From Mobula hypostoma (Eukaryota): DNA of 64,000 bases. The notes under the pieces were generated by a model. It was given only the letters and a program-made list of their open reading frames with translations. It was not told the origin of the DNA and did not search any database. Positions 1-10,400 of this stretch are shown here, piece after piece. The DNA lies in contig NC_086106.1 of NCBI RefSeq assembly GCF_963921235.1, positions 16,678,001-16,742,000 on the forward strand, given 5' to 3'. Both the position numbers and the translations under genes were made by a program. Each line of letters begins with the position of its first letter. Position 1 is the stretch's first letter.

Positions 1-232
1 TATGGATCTGGGGTGGGAGGTAGAAACGGGAGGTGCAGGGTGAGGGAACTATGAGGTTGCTAGCTGTGGATGGGTGATCCTCAGAGTTAATAAGGTCAGT
101 GATGGTGTGGGTGATACTGAGCTGGTGCTCCTTGGTGGGGTCCTATTCAAGAGGAGGCATACGGGAGTTGTTGCTTAGCCTCAAAAAGGTAGAGGTCAGT
201 CCGCCAGACTACTATAGCAACAGCCCCCCCAT
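1..232 (-). mobile_element. Penelope-like element RT fragment
   Basis: Minus strand reads VVWRTDLY, then after a frameshift DPTKEHQLSITHTITDLI...NLIVPSPCTSRFYLPPQIH (FYxLPKIH-like motif). Confidence 0.7.
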
Positions 233-239
233 CTGCGTC

Positions 240-2895
240 ACTTTATACACCCTCATGTATACTGAGCTACTTGAACAGTAGTTTTGAAGCAAATGAAATA
301 GCCAATGAGAAGCAGGTATAAATTTTGCTGAGTAGTCTGGGCTTCAAGGCATACTGTTTGCTTTGAGGTTTGACTGCTGCTCCAACCAAACCAGCAGAAA
401 TGGGCTTTGCTGATATTGTGAAAATAATGCGGGAATATTTAGAACCAAAACCATTATTGATCGCAGAACGCTTTAGGTTTCATAAGTGGAATCGAAAGGG
501 GGGGGGGTTCATTTCAGTGTATGTGGCGGAATTGAAGAAGTTCTCCGAGCATTGTCAGTTCAATGATGGGCTTAGTAAGGCACTGAGAGATCATTTAGCT
601 TGTGGAATCTTACAAGAAACTGTTCAAAAACAATTCCTAACTAAAGCACAGCTTACATTTAAAAGAGCAGTTGAAATTGCTGTATCAATGGAAACAGCAG
701 ACAGAGACACAATTGATTTGTGGTCAGGAATGAAAGTGAGTGGGAACAAAATTGCAGCGTCTAAACAGAAACTGGCCGGGCTGAACAAATTGTTTTACTG
801 TTGTGGCAGGGGCTCACATACACGGGACCAATGCACGTTTAAAGGTGAAACTTGCAGAAAATGCAACAAAGTAGGACACATACAAACAGCGTGCCGGGCA
901 GACACAAATAAATGGACTGCACAGGGAAGAGAAAAAGCTAAACAGTCAGGTTGCAGTTTCAGAAAGAGCACTAATCTGCACGCTGTTGATGAAAAATCAG
1001 ATAATGACGAGAGTGAGACAAGATTGGCTAGCCTTAGGATTTACAATATGAAAATTAACAGGAGGCGAGCAATATGGCTTAAACCAGAAGTAAACAGCGA
1101 ATTAATTAAAATGGAATTGGATATTGGCTCCGCTGTTTCAGTCATTCCATAAAATGAGTTTGAATGGCATTTCGAACATATTGAAATGGAACCTGCAGGT
1201 ATCCAACTGAGAACTTATGCTGGGGAAAAGGTAACTCCTGTGGGAATGGCATTCAGTGAAATACGACGACCAACAGGCCACATTGGGCTTGTGGCCAGTA
1301 AACACAGGAGGGCCAGCACTGTGGGGCTGTGATTGGCTGAGACTACTGCAACCTGATTGGAGATCCATTCGCCATTTGCATGCCACGTTCCCTGTGACGG
1401 AGCCATTAGAAAGAGAATCGAGGAAGGTACTGGACGATGCCACAACTGCCCAAGTGCCGAACATCATGGACTTTCGCCCCAACAGAGAACAAACGGGTGT
1501 TGGTGCCTAAAGGCTGATTTATACTTGTGCATCAAACCGACGCCGTATCCGCGAACCCTACGCAGAGCCTACGTGGATCCCTACGCCGTAGCCTGATGCG
1601 CACCTCTCCCAAAATGTAACTACGCGTCGCGGCAATGCAGACCGCGACAACTGTGATTGGTCTGCTTGGTAGCATCGCATTTCCTCCTACGCTGCGATAG
1701 CTTCCCATTGGGCGACTGAAGGGCAGGGATGGAACCCTGGCTGCTATGCTTTTCATAAAGCTTTACAGACCTCCGAAATTATGGAGGACACATTTCGCTT
1801 TTACGAAAAAAGATGCTTGTTTTAAACTTGTTTACCCTGAGAAAGACTACCATGACCATGAAGCCTTGCGTGGGCAGGTGTGTGCGCATGCGTGACGTGC
1901 GAATAACGTGACGTGCCCGAATTGCAGAGCGACGCGGACACACCAACGCACAAGTATAAATGCTCACAACGGCGTAGCCCACTTGCGTAGGCTTTTGTGA
2001 GGACAAGGAACCAGCAACTAGTCTGCGTGCATTGAGGTTATTGCATGAACTTCGTGGGAGACAAAAAGCCGCTCGTAAAAGTAGACACAAAAACCAAAGC
2101 CAAGCTGGATGAACGGACAGCCAAAAAGAAAGGAGTCAATGGAGATAGGAAAACAGGGGATTCACCAGAGGATGTTGTGGGCGAGGAAACCAAGAGGAGA
2201 GATCAGATCGTGAAGGGAGCAATAGACAGATTAATAAGCGAATACTCCAGAGAACTAAATGAATCTTCCCAGGGTTAAGATGCACAAATTAGAAGAAAAA
2301 GGAAGAAGAAGAAGAGTGGTTGCTTCTGTCAGAACCACCTCCTGCAGCCTCAGAGCCATCTCCTACAACCACCACCGAGGAGGGCCCAGAACCTGAACCT
2401 GTTTCACAGCCACAAGTCTCACCAGCCAGGCACAGTGATTCCCCATCGCAGGAGCAACATTACTCCACAAGAGTACAAAATCTTCCACAGTGATTGCATC
2501 TTTAGACCTGAAAGGGGCAATTTAAAATTGTCTATGTGGTGGATGTCTGTATATAGTAATGTATTATATAGTACAGTATCCTGTGTATGTAGTTGAAATG
2601 TATCCTCTATTGAGTTGGAGTTTATAGCTAGGCGGGGAGGAGTGTTGTGTATTCAATATTTCAGTGATATTTGTGTAATCATATATATACATAGAGAGAA
2701 CTGTTTAAGTGTTCTTGTTTGTTTAAATAATTCATAACCGGTTATATGTACAAATACAAGAATTGCATTCGTCACGATGCTACCATGTAATATGTGCGCC
2801 CCTCGCTTAAAGTAAACAAGAAGTTACACTCACATTTCGGACTCTGATGTCTTCCTTTGAATTAGTTTAATGGTTTGAAGTTACAAAACATAACA
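240..2895 (+). mobile_element. Degenerate, internally deleted Gypsy/Ty3 LTR retrotransposon
   Basis: ORF 370-1152: gag with zinc knuckles (CRKCNKVGHIQTAC) and aspartic protease motif ELDIGSAVSVI; pol C-terminal remnant at about 2320-2510; polypurine tract 2631-2642; 3' LTR 2643-2895 (TGTTGTGT...ACATAACA); 5' LTR and RT missing. Confidence 0.85.
1511..1992 (-). mobile_element. Harbinger-derived non-autonomous element (truncated), nested in Gypsy
   Basis: TAA followed by TIR AGGCTGATTTATACTTG; reverse-complement similarity to the copy at 10066-10738. Confidence 0.75.
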
Positions 2896-3147
2896 GCATA
2901 CACGTGTACCTGTACAGACATGACACACATGTACCTTAACACACGACACAGATACACACACTTGTACCTATACACACATGACACACATGTATCGACACAC
3001 ACATGACCATAAGCTCATTTCAACTTTGACTTGGTAATTGGTTAATGATTGAACTGAGGTACCGTGACAAACTTTGTTTTACATACCATTCACGCGGATT
3101 ACATGTACCACAACAGAATATTGAGGTAATGCAAGGGAAAAGCAATT

Positions 3148-3540
3148 GCTAGAAGAGAGATCAAGTCAACCAGCAGGGCTGTAGCTGAGGCAGCAGAGAA
3201 AGGATCAACATGGGTGTGGACCAAGTATGTCCAGAGGGCAGATAGTCAGACAGTGTACACATATCTTGCAAACCCTTCAGTAGTTGCATAGACACCTGAA
3301 GAGCAGACTATCTGTTGGATGGAAGTGACCAACAACTCTGATAGAGGCAGATGCCAAGTTTTCAAGCTCACCAGTGGGAGGTGGTGCTTTAGCACTGCTG
3401 GCCCACCACCTCGAGGGAGTCTTGATCATAAGCGGGCCGAAACTCCTGAAGACAGGTGGCAGATCAACTGATGATCCCACTGGTGATAGCACAGGACAGT
3501 TAACATCTTAGTCCAAGTGTATTTTGTAACTCTGAAGACT
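3148..3540 (+). mobile_element. 3' end of a Hero-type (R2 superfamily, RLE) non-LTR retrotransposon
   Basis: Frame from 3151 reads RREIKSTSRAVAEAAEKGSTWVWTKY, similar to the recalled Hero C-terminus; structured 3' UTR; inserted within a Rex1-like 3' UTR remnant. Confidence 0.7.
3368..3486 (+). ncRNA. Candidate non-circularly permuted hammerhead ribozyme
   Basis: GUC 3419-3421, GAAA 3439-3442 and CUGAUGA 3468-3474, with complementary stems (see findings). Confidence 0.7.
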
Positions 3541-3839
3541 GCAGAATAAAGTGATACAGTTACACAGAAAGTGTTGTGGAGACTTTCTCCAAGTGAACTT
3601 TATTGGCCGTGACATCAATGTGATTGGGCCAGCTCAAGTCATTGGTGATGTTCACTCCTAGATACTTTCAAGCTTCTAGCCCTCTGGACCAGTGAAGCAG
3701 ACAGCAGCATGTCATGCCATAAGACCATGGGAGCAGAATTAGGCACCCCATCGGGTCTGCTCCACCATTCCATCATGGCTAATTTGTTGTCCCTCTCAAC
3801 CCCATTTTCCTGCCTTCTCCTGGCAGCCTGTGACACCTC

Positions 3840-4495
3840 TCAAAAACCTACCAAGTTCTTTCCCGCACCTTGTTCGGCACATCGCAGAGAGCGCAGCTCT
3901 CCGGTGAAATGATATCGTATTTGTAAGTAGGATGCCGTGCACAATTCTGATTTGATGTAGACAGACATGAGAAGGCACAGAGGAACATCCAGAGGGATTT
4001 CTGAAATGCCCGGTTTGCTGCCGCTGCTACTGTGCGATCGAGAATCTCCGGAAGGAAGGCTCCAAAATCCCCGGCTTTGCCTGCTGCTGACGACCGAGGC
4101 TGGGGTCGAAGTGTTCGGCAGAGATGGCGCTCGGTACCCGGTGTCAGAGGGCTGATCGGAGGCTCAAAGTTTTCGGATGACTCAGAGTCGGACTGTGGTC
4201 GGGCATGGCAGGGAGAGTTTTCTTCCTTCTCCCGTCTGCGTGAGATGTGGGACATTCGAGAAACTTTGAACTTTTTTACTGTGCCCATGGCCTGTTCTTC
4301 TTCAAGTTATGGTATTGTTGCATTGTTGTGACTATATGTTATAATTATGTGGTTTTGTCAGTTTTTCAGTCTTGGTCTGTTCTGTGTTTCTGTGATATCA
4401 CACTGGAGGAATATTGTATCATTTCTTAATGCATGCATTACTAAATGACAATAAAAGAGGACTGCGTGTCCTCATAATCTAATCTAATCTAATCT
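3840..4495 (+). mobile_element. Non-LTR retroelement 3' end with microsatellite tail
   Basis: AATAAA at about 4450 followed by a (TAATC)4 tail; family and 5' boundary uncertain. Confidence 0.5.
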
Positions 4496-4496
4496 A

Positions 4497-4652
4497 AACG
4501 TTGCCATTTCTTTGGCGTTTGTCTGATTTACGAGACCAAGTTGCAAGCTTGACAGTCGGCGTGAACGGAGAGTGTACAAGGAGCTGGCGGGATTCGAACT
4601 CAGGGCCTCTTGATCCAAAGTCCGGGTGTGGAAAGCACTGCACCACCACCAC
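4497..4652 (-). mobile_element. tRNA-derived SINE
   Basis: Minus strand A-box TGGTGCAGTG and B-box GAGTTCGAATCCC; no acceptor stem. Confidence 0.65.
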
Positions 4653-5079
4653 AGACCACCCATCAGAACTCCACTGTGACTTGGCCATCAGGGGCAATGG
4701 ATTCCACAGATTCATCGCTGTCTGGCTAAGAAGAGTCTTCCTCATTCTGTTCTAAAGGGACATAACGTCCCTCTATTCTGAGTCTGTGCCCGCTGGTTCT
4801 AGACTCACCCGCTACAGGAAACATCCTCTGCATGTCCACGCTGTCCAGGCCTTTCAATATTCAACAGGTTTCAATACATGAACCCCTCCCCACCTTCCTG
4901 AAGTGAAGAAAGGAACGACTAGTTTGTTCTGTTGACATTGAGGGAGAGGTTGTCACCATGACAGCGTGATGCTAGGTTTGCCAGCTCTTTCCTGTACACC
5001 TCATTGTTACCTGTGGCAAGGCACACCAAGGAGCGCAGATCACTGAGGGCTCAGGGTAGAAAGAGACAGACACGAACAA

Positions 5080-5465
5080 GAGGGGGAGAGGGCAAGAGGA
5101 GGAAAGGGGTGAGAGGGGGAGAGAAGGGGGAGAGGGAAGAAAGAGAGAAAATTAGAATATAGGAGAAAGTGCTAGAGAGATGGAGAGAGAAAGAGACAGA
5201 ATAAGAAAGTGAAACAGAGATAGAATGGAGAGAGAGAGATGGAGGGGGGAGTGAAAGAGATAGAGAGGGATGGAGAGAGAGAAGGGTAGTGACTGAGAGA
5301 GATAGATAGAGAGAGGGGGAGTGAGTGAGAGTGGCAATAGAGAGAAAGAGAGAGAGGGGGAGAGAGAGAGGGGGGAGAGAGAGGGGGGAGAGAGAGGGGG
5401 GAGAGAGAGGGGGGAGAGAGGGAGGGGGAGAGGGAGGGGAGAGAGGGAGGAGGGGGGAGAGGGGG
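5080..5465. repeat. GA-rich low-complexity tract abutting assembly gap 5466-5610
   Basis: (GA)n/GGGAGA runs. Confidence 0.9.
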
Positions 5466-5610
5466 NNNNNNNNNNNNNNNNNNNNNNNNNNNNNNNNNNN
5501 NNNNNNNNNNNNNNNNNNNNNNNNNNNNNNNNNNNNNNNNNNNNNNNNNNNNNNNNNNNNNNNNNNNNNNNNNNNNNNNNNNNNNNNNNNNNNNNNNNNN
5601 NNNNNNNNNN

Positions 5611-5930
5611 ATTTTCAAGGGTCCTTGATGGCATAGCAAACCAAATCCCCTCAAACTCCTAAGGAAGTATAGCCGCTGTTGTACCTTCGCTGGGCCCAGG
5701 ATTGATCCTCTGAGATGCTGACACCCAGGAACCTGAAGCTGCTCACTCCCTTTCCACTGCCGGCCCATCCATGAGGACGGGTGTGTGTTCTCCTGACTTC
5801 CCCTTCCTGAAGCCCACAGTCCATTCCTTGGTCTTGCTGACATTCAGTGTGATGTCCTTGCGACTCCACTCAACCAGCTGATCCACCCCGCTCCTGTACG
5901 GCTCCTTGTCACCACCTGAGTTCAGTGAGA
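5611..5930 (-). mobile_element. Rex1/Babar-type LINE RT fragment
   Basis: YRSGVDQLVEWS...LNVSKTKE..VGFRK; FRFLGVSISED; QQRLYFLRSL. Confidence 0.75.
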
Positions 5931-6786
5931 TAGACGTCAAAGGCCACTTCTCCTGGGACAGGGTCCAGTGTTATTTGATCCTTGCTTTTACATTTTATTG
6001 CTCTCACAACTCTCCACCCCAGGGCAAGGGATTTAACCCCAGTCTTGCCCTCCGGTGTCTGTGAGGGACGAGGAGTAATTCATCCCGCTGCCAATCAAAT
6101 CCTTCCCTCATCTGGATTCACCAATCACCTCTGCTGGCCAATCAAAATGTACCTCCACCCCGGTATCCACCAATCATTTCCGTCTGCCAATCAAATCCCC
6201 ACCTTTCCTGTGTTTACTAATCATCTCCTCCCTCCAATGAATCTCTCAATAAAACCCGCCCCTTTACCTACATCCACCAATTACCTCCATCTGCGAACGC
6301 ACCGTCCCCATTGATACTCTCCTCAGCTCCTATTCGTTCCTCGTGATGCCTTTCAAACGAAGCCTGTTTCCCGCTGGCTAATGTGAGCATCCGTCAGGAA
6401 TCTACCCCGCTCATTGGCTGTCAGGGGCGAGCCCCGCATCTACGCCGGCAATTAAACGGCTCAGGGCCGGCCGCGATTGGTTGAAGCACAGACGGTGATG
6501 CGTCGGACGTCGCTTCCGCTAACCTGGCGGCGCTGGGTGACGGTGGGTCTGTCTGGGGTTCAGGTTGAAGCCAGTCAGTGGGACGGACTCTCCGTCCTCG
6601 CAGTCAGATCCTTCCCCGGAACGTCACTCCCACCGCGGGAGGACTGCCGTTCTCTATGCGTGCTGTAGGCTTGCGACGTGGGTGTAGCGGAAGATGCGAG
6701 GGCCGAGGAGCTGAGTGACACAGACGGCATCAACTGAGGCTGCAAGATCATCAGCTGGGTCTGCCAACACGTCGGGATGTCTGTAG

Positions 6787-6916
6787 ATGTTCAGAAGGTC
6801 AGGCAGTATCGATGGAAATCCCCCACCCCATAGATTGCTGCCCGACCTGCTGAGTTCCTCCGACATTTTGCGTGTCTCCTTGGGATTTCCAGCATCTGCA
6901 GTTTTTCTCGTGTTTG
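6787..6916. mobile_element. Short Penelope-like terminal-repeat insertion
   Basis: ctgcccgacctgctgagttcctcc...ccagcatctgcag motif shared with copies at 9711, 25293 and 54035; 9-bp TSD TGTCTGTAG (6778-6786 and 6917-6925). Confidence 0.65.
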
Positions 6917-7254
6917 TGTCTGTAGGAGTTGCCGACTGGCACATTCCAGGCTGCAGGAGTAGCTGCCGAGGAGTATTGCTGTAAGGGCTCGGTGGGGCAG
7001 CGCCACAGTATAGGGTTCTAACGCTACTGGTCAGGGAGGGGCCGGGTTGAGTGAGGAAGCCCCTCAATTTCAGTAGTACCCTCGTACCTAAGAGGGCTTC
7101 ATGAGTGGCAACGTTGCTATTGGGTTAAAGACATTTAATTCAACACTACTTTACGCATCGTCTATGAATGTAAGCACATGAAAATGCATTTCCCAGTTTA
7201 TTTTCAATACTTTTTTTAATAGTGAATAAAGTTTATTTAGGTTTTTAAAAAACT

Positions 7255-7489
7255 TGCAGGCGCGAGCGTGTGACGGTACTGGCGGCGCCATTTTTGTTAT
7301 GGGCAGCGGCAAGGGGGTGGTTACGACCTTGCGAGAGCCATCTTGGTGCGGGGCGCCACCGGCTGCCCAGCACTGACTGGATGATGCAGGCAGTTTGACT
7401 TCCTCTTCCGGCAGATGTGACGTACAATTCCCGGGGGTGGGGGAGGGAGCTGCGCCCGACATCTTTGTTGGGGGCGGCGGGCGGCGGCG
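7255..7489 (+). promoter_or_regulatory. TOX4 CpG-island, TATA-less housekeeping promoter
   Basis: YY1-like GGCGCCATTTT (about 7284-7294) and GCCATCTTG (7337-7345), ETS CTTCCGG (7405-7411), CRE-like TGACGTA (7418-7424), ZNF143/THAP11-like TACAATTCCC (7423-7432). Confidence 0.7.
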
Positions 7490-7495
7490 ATGGAG
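7490..7495 (+). CDS. TOX4: TOX4 coding exon 1 (ME)
   Basis: gcggcgATGGAG|gtgac in a CpG island; joins exon 2 to give the MEFPG N-terminus. Confidence 0.85.
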
Positions 7496-10400
7496 GTGAC
7501 GGAGGGTCGGAGGGGTTTCCTGGGGGTCCGAGCCCCTCTCCGGGGCCGTCAACCACCACCCAGGGGGGCATTCTTGGGGTACAGGAAGATAATGGGGATG
7601 GTTGTGGGGGGGGACCCAGGATTGGTCATACTGGGGGCAAAGAAAGATCCCAGAGAGATCGGGGTTGGGAGAGACCCGGGATTGGTCATTCAGGGGTGCA
7701 GAAAGATCCCAGGGGCTTGGGGAGACCATTCATGGGACTAGTGGGGGGGGGTGAGGGGAGGGCCGGACTGGTCATTCTGGGGGGGGGCACAGGAAGATTT
7801 TGGAGAATTGGGAGCTGGGGAAGGGCCCCCCTACCATTCTCCTCCTCCGTGGAGGCTGTGCCCTCTGCTCCCACACTCCCTGACCATTCAATTGGACCTG
7901 CTGTTCCTGGAGGTACAGGGTGATCCCAGCTACCTCTGAGGTGAAGGGGAAGCTATGACTGACCACCTTTGGGCCACTGGGAGGGGGGAAGGAGAGAGGT
8001 GGGATAGAACAGCAAGATCCCAGCTGGCTGCGGGAGAAGGGTGGCCCACTGAGTTTTTGGTTGGGTGGTGGAGTGGGTGTTTTGCGCAGAGGAGGATCCC
8101 GAGCTGGGATTTTTACTGTATGCTGTGGTGGAGTGGGGGACTTTTGGGTTACCATCTGGCCTTTTGTTCACCCTCTCCCTCTGTCTCCCCACAGTTCCCG
8201 GGAAGTGCGGACACCTTCCTGACCATCAGCGATTCCGGCCACCCCTTCCTGAGTGGGGCTGAGGTGAGGGAGCAAGGCTTTGGGGGAGGGGGGAGGGGTC
8301 GTTAAGCAGGGTTCCGAATTCGCACTGGGGAGGGCACGCGGTGCTCTGGCCTGGTCTCTCAGATGCTCGGTGGGGGGGGAGGGGGGCTTGAAACCGCTGC
8401 ATCTTGCTTTGGAAACAGACTCTTCGTTCCAGCACAATGATCTTGCCCCTTTCCTCAAACATCTCCACCAGCCGCTAGGTCTGTATCATTCTCCGTTCTC
8501 CTCGTAGCCTTTGCAACCTGAGCAACCAAAGATTCCGCTTTAAATACACGCAATGATTTGGCCTCCTCAGCCGTCTTCCACAGGTTTACCACCCTCTGGA
8601 TAAAGAAATTCCTCTTTGTGTCTGTTCTAAAGGGATGTCCTTCTCTGTAGAGGCTGTGCCCTCTGGTCCTACACTCCCCTACCATTTGATTCATCCTCCC
8701 CACTTCCATTCAATCTTGGCTTTTCAATAGTCATCANNNNNNNNNNNNNNNNNNNNNNNNNNNNNNNNNNNNNNNNNNNNNNNNNNNNNNNNNNNNNNNN
8801 NNNNNNNNNNNNNNNNNNNNNNNNNNNNNNNNNNNNNNNNNNNNNNNNNNNNNNNNNNNNNNNNNNNNNNNNNNNNNNNNNNNNNNNNNNNNNNNNNNNN
8901 NNNNNNNNNNNNNNNNNNNNNNNNNNNNNNNNNNNNNNNNNNNNNNNNNNNNNNNNNNNNNNNNNNNNNNNNNNNNNNNNNNNNNNNNNNNNNNNNNNNN
9001 NNNNNNNNNNNNNNNNNNNNNNNNNNNNNNNNNNNNNNNNNNNNNNNNNNNNNNNNNNNNNNCAAACATTCGTCATACCTGGGATCTTTTTCGTGAACTT
9101 CCCCTGGACCCTTTCCTATGCCAGCTCATCCTGTCTTAGATAAAGTACGGGGCCCAAGCCTGGTCCAATATTACAAGTGTGGTCTGACCAATGCCTTAGA
9201 AAGCCTCAGCATTGCATCCTTGCTCTTGTATTCTAGTCCTCTCAAAATTAATGCTAATATTGCACTTACCTTTTTCGCTATCAACTTAACCTGCATTAAC
9301 TTTTAAGGAATCCTGCACTTAGACTCCCAAGTCCCTTTGCACCTCCGATTTTTGAATTTTCTCCCTGTTTAGAAAATAGTCTTACTTTTTCATACCATCC
9401 ACCAAGGTGCATGACTGTACGCTTCCTTGTAAAATATTCCACCTGTCATTTCTTTGTCCATTTTCCTAACCTGTCCAAGACCTTTTCCAGTCTCTGAGCT
9501 TTCTAAACATTGCCTGTCCCTCCACCTATCTTCGTATCATGTGCAGACTTGGCCACAAAGCCATCGATTATGTCCTCGAGATCGTTAACATATAACACGA
9601 AACCCAGCAACCCAACGCTGACAACTGGGGATGCAGCCAACCAGAAAAGGGCCCCGTTATTCCTCCTGGCTGCCGTCTGCCAGTCACCCAGTCTTCGGCC
9701 CATGCTGCACAAGAGATTCTGCAGATGCTGGAAATCCAGAGCAACACAGACAAAATGCTGGAGGAACACGGCAGGTCAGGCGGCGTCTACGGAGAGGAAT
9801 AAACAGTCAATGTTTTGGGCCAAGACTCTTCATCACAACTGTTCAAGCTAGTATCTCTTCTTTGATAACATTGGTGCGGATCTTGTTCAGTGCGGCATCT
9901 TGTCAAACGCCTTCTGAAAGTCCAAGTAAACAATGTTCACCAACTCTCCTTTGTCTCTGCTGTCTGTTACCTTTACAAAGAAAACATTAAAAGTTTCTCT
10001 CTTCTCTCTGATGCCCTGCAGTGATTCTACCAATCTGCGCCCTCATGGTCTTGTTTCCTCTCTAAAGGCTGATTTGTACCTGTGCATACTAGCTTACGCC
10101 GTTGTGAGCATTTATATTTGTGCGTTGGTGTGTCTGCCTCACTCTGCAATTCACCGCCAAAACGCTAGTTGGCGGTGGAATCTCTATGTCACTGTGTTGA
10201 GTTTCTTCATGTTGACTCAAACTTCAAACAATGGCAACTGAATCTGAAGGAGGGTGAATTTTCTGTGCTTGTCTGGCCACTGGGAGACATGGACGAGGAA
10301 ATGCATTTCAAATATTTTCGGATGTCGGCAGGTAGATTTGACGATTTGGTTCATCGTCTCCAGCCATGTATTTCGCATCAGTGTACGCACAGTATACTCA

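Noticed and set aside
2045-2278. 77-aa Lys/Glu-rich ORF within the Gypsy span
   Set aside because: No recognisable motif; probably a fragment of another element
4580-4652. tRNA gene
   Set aside because: A and B boxes are present but there is no cloverleaf, and it continues into a SINE body; the same applies at 35915, 50185 and 53015
6490-7160. Possible telomerase RNA, RNase P RNA or scaRNA
   Set aside because: CTAACCT is not the CTAACCCTAA template, and I could not find the conserved RNase P or H/ACA motifs; needs cmscan
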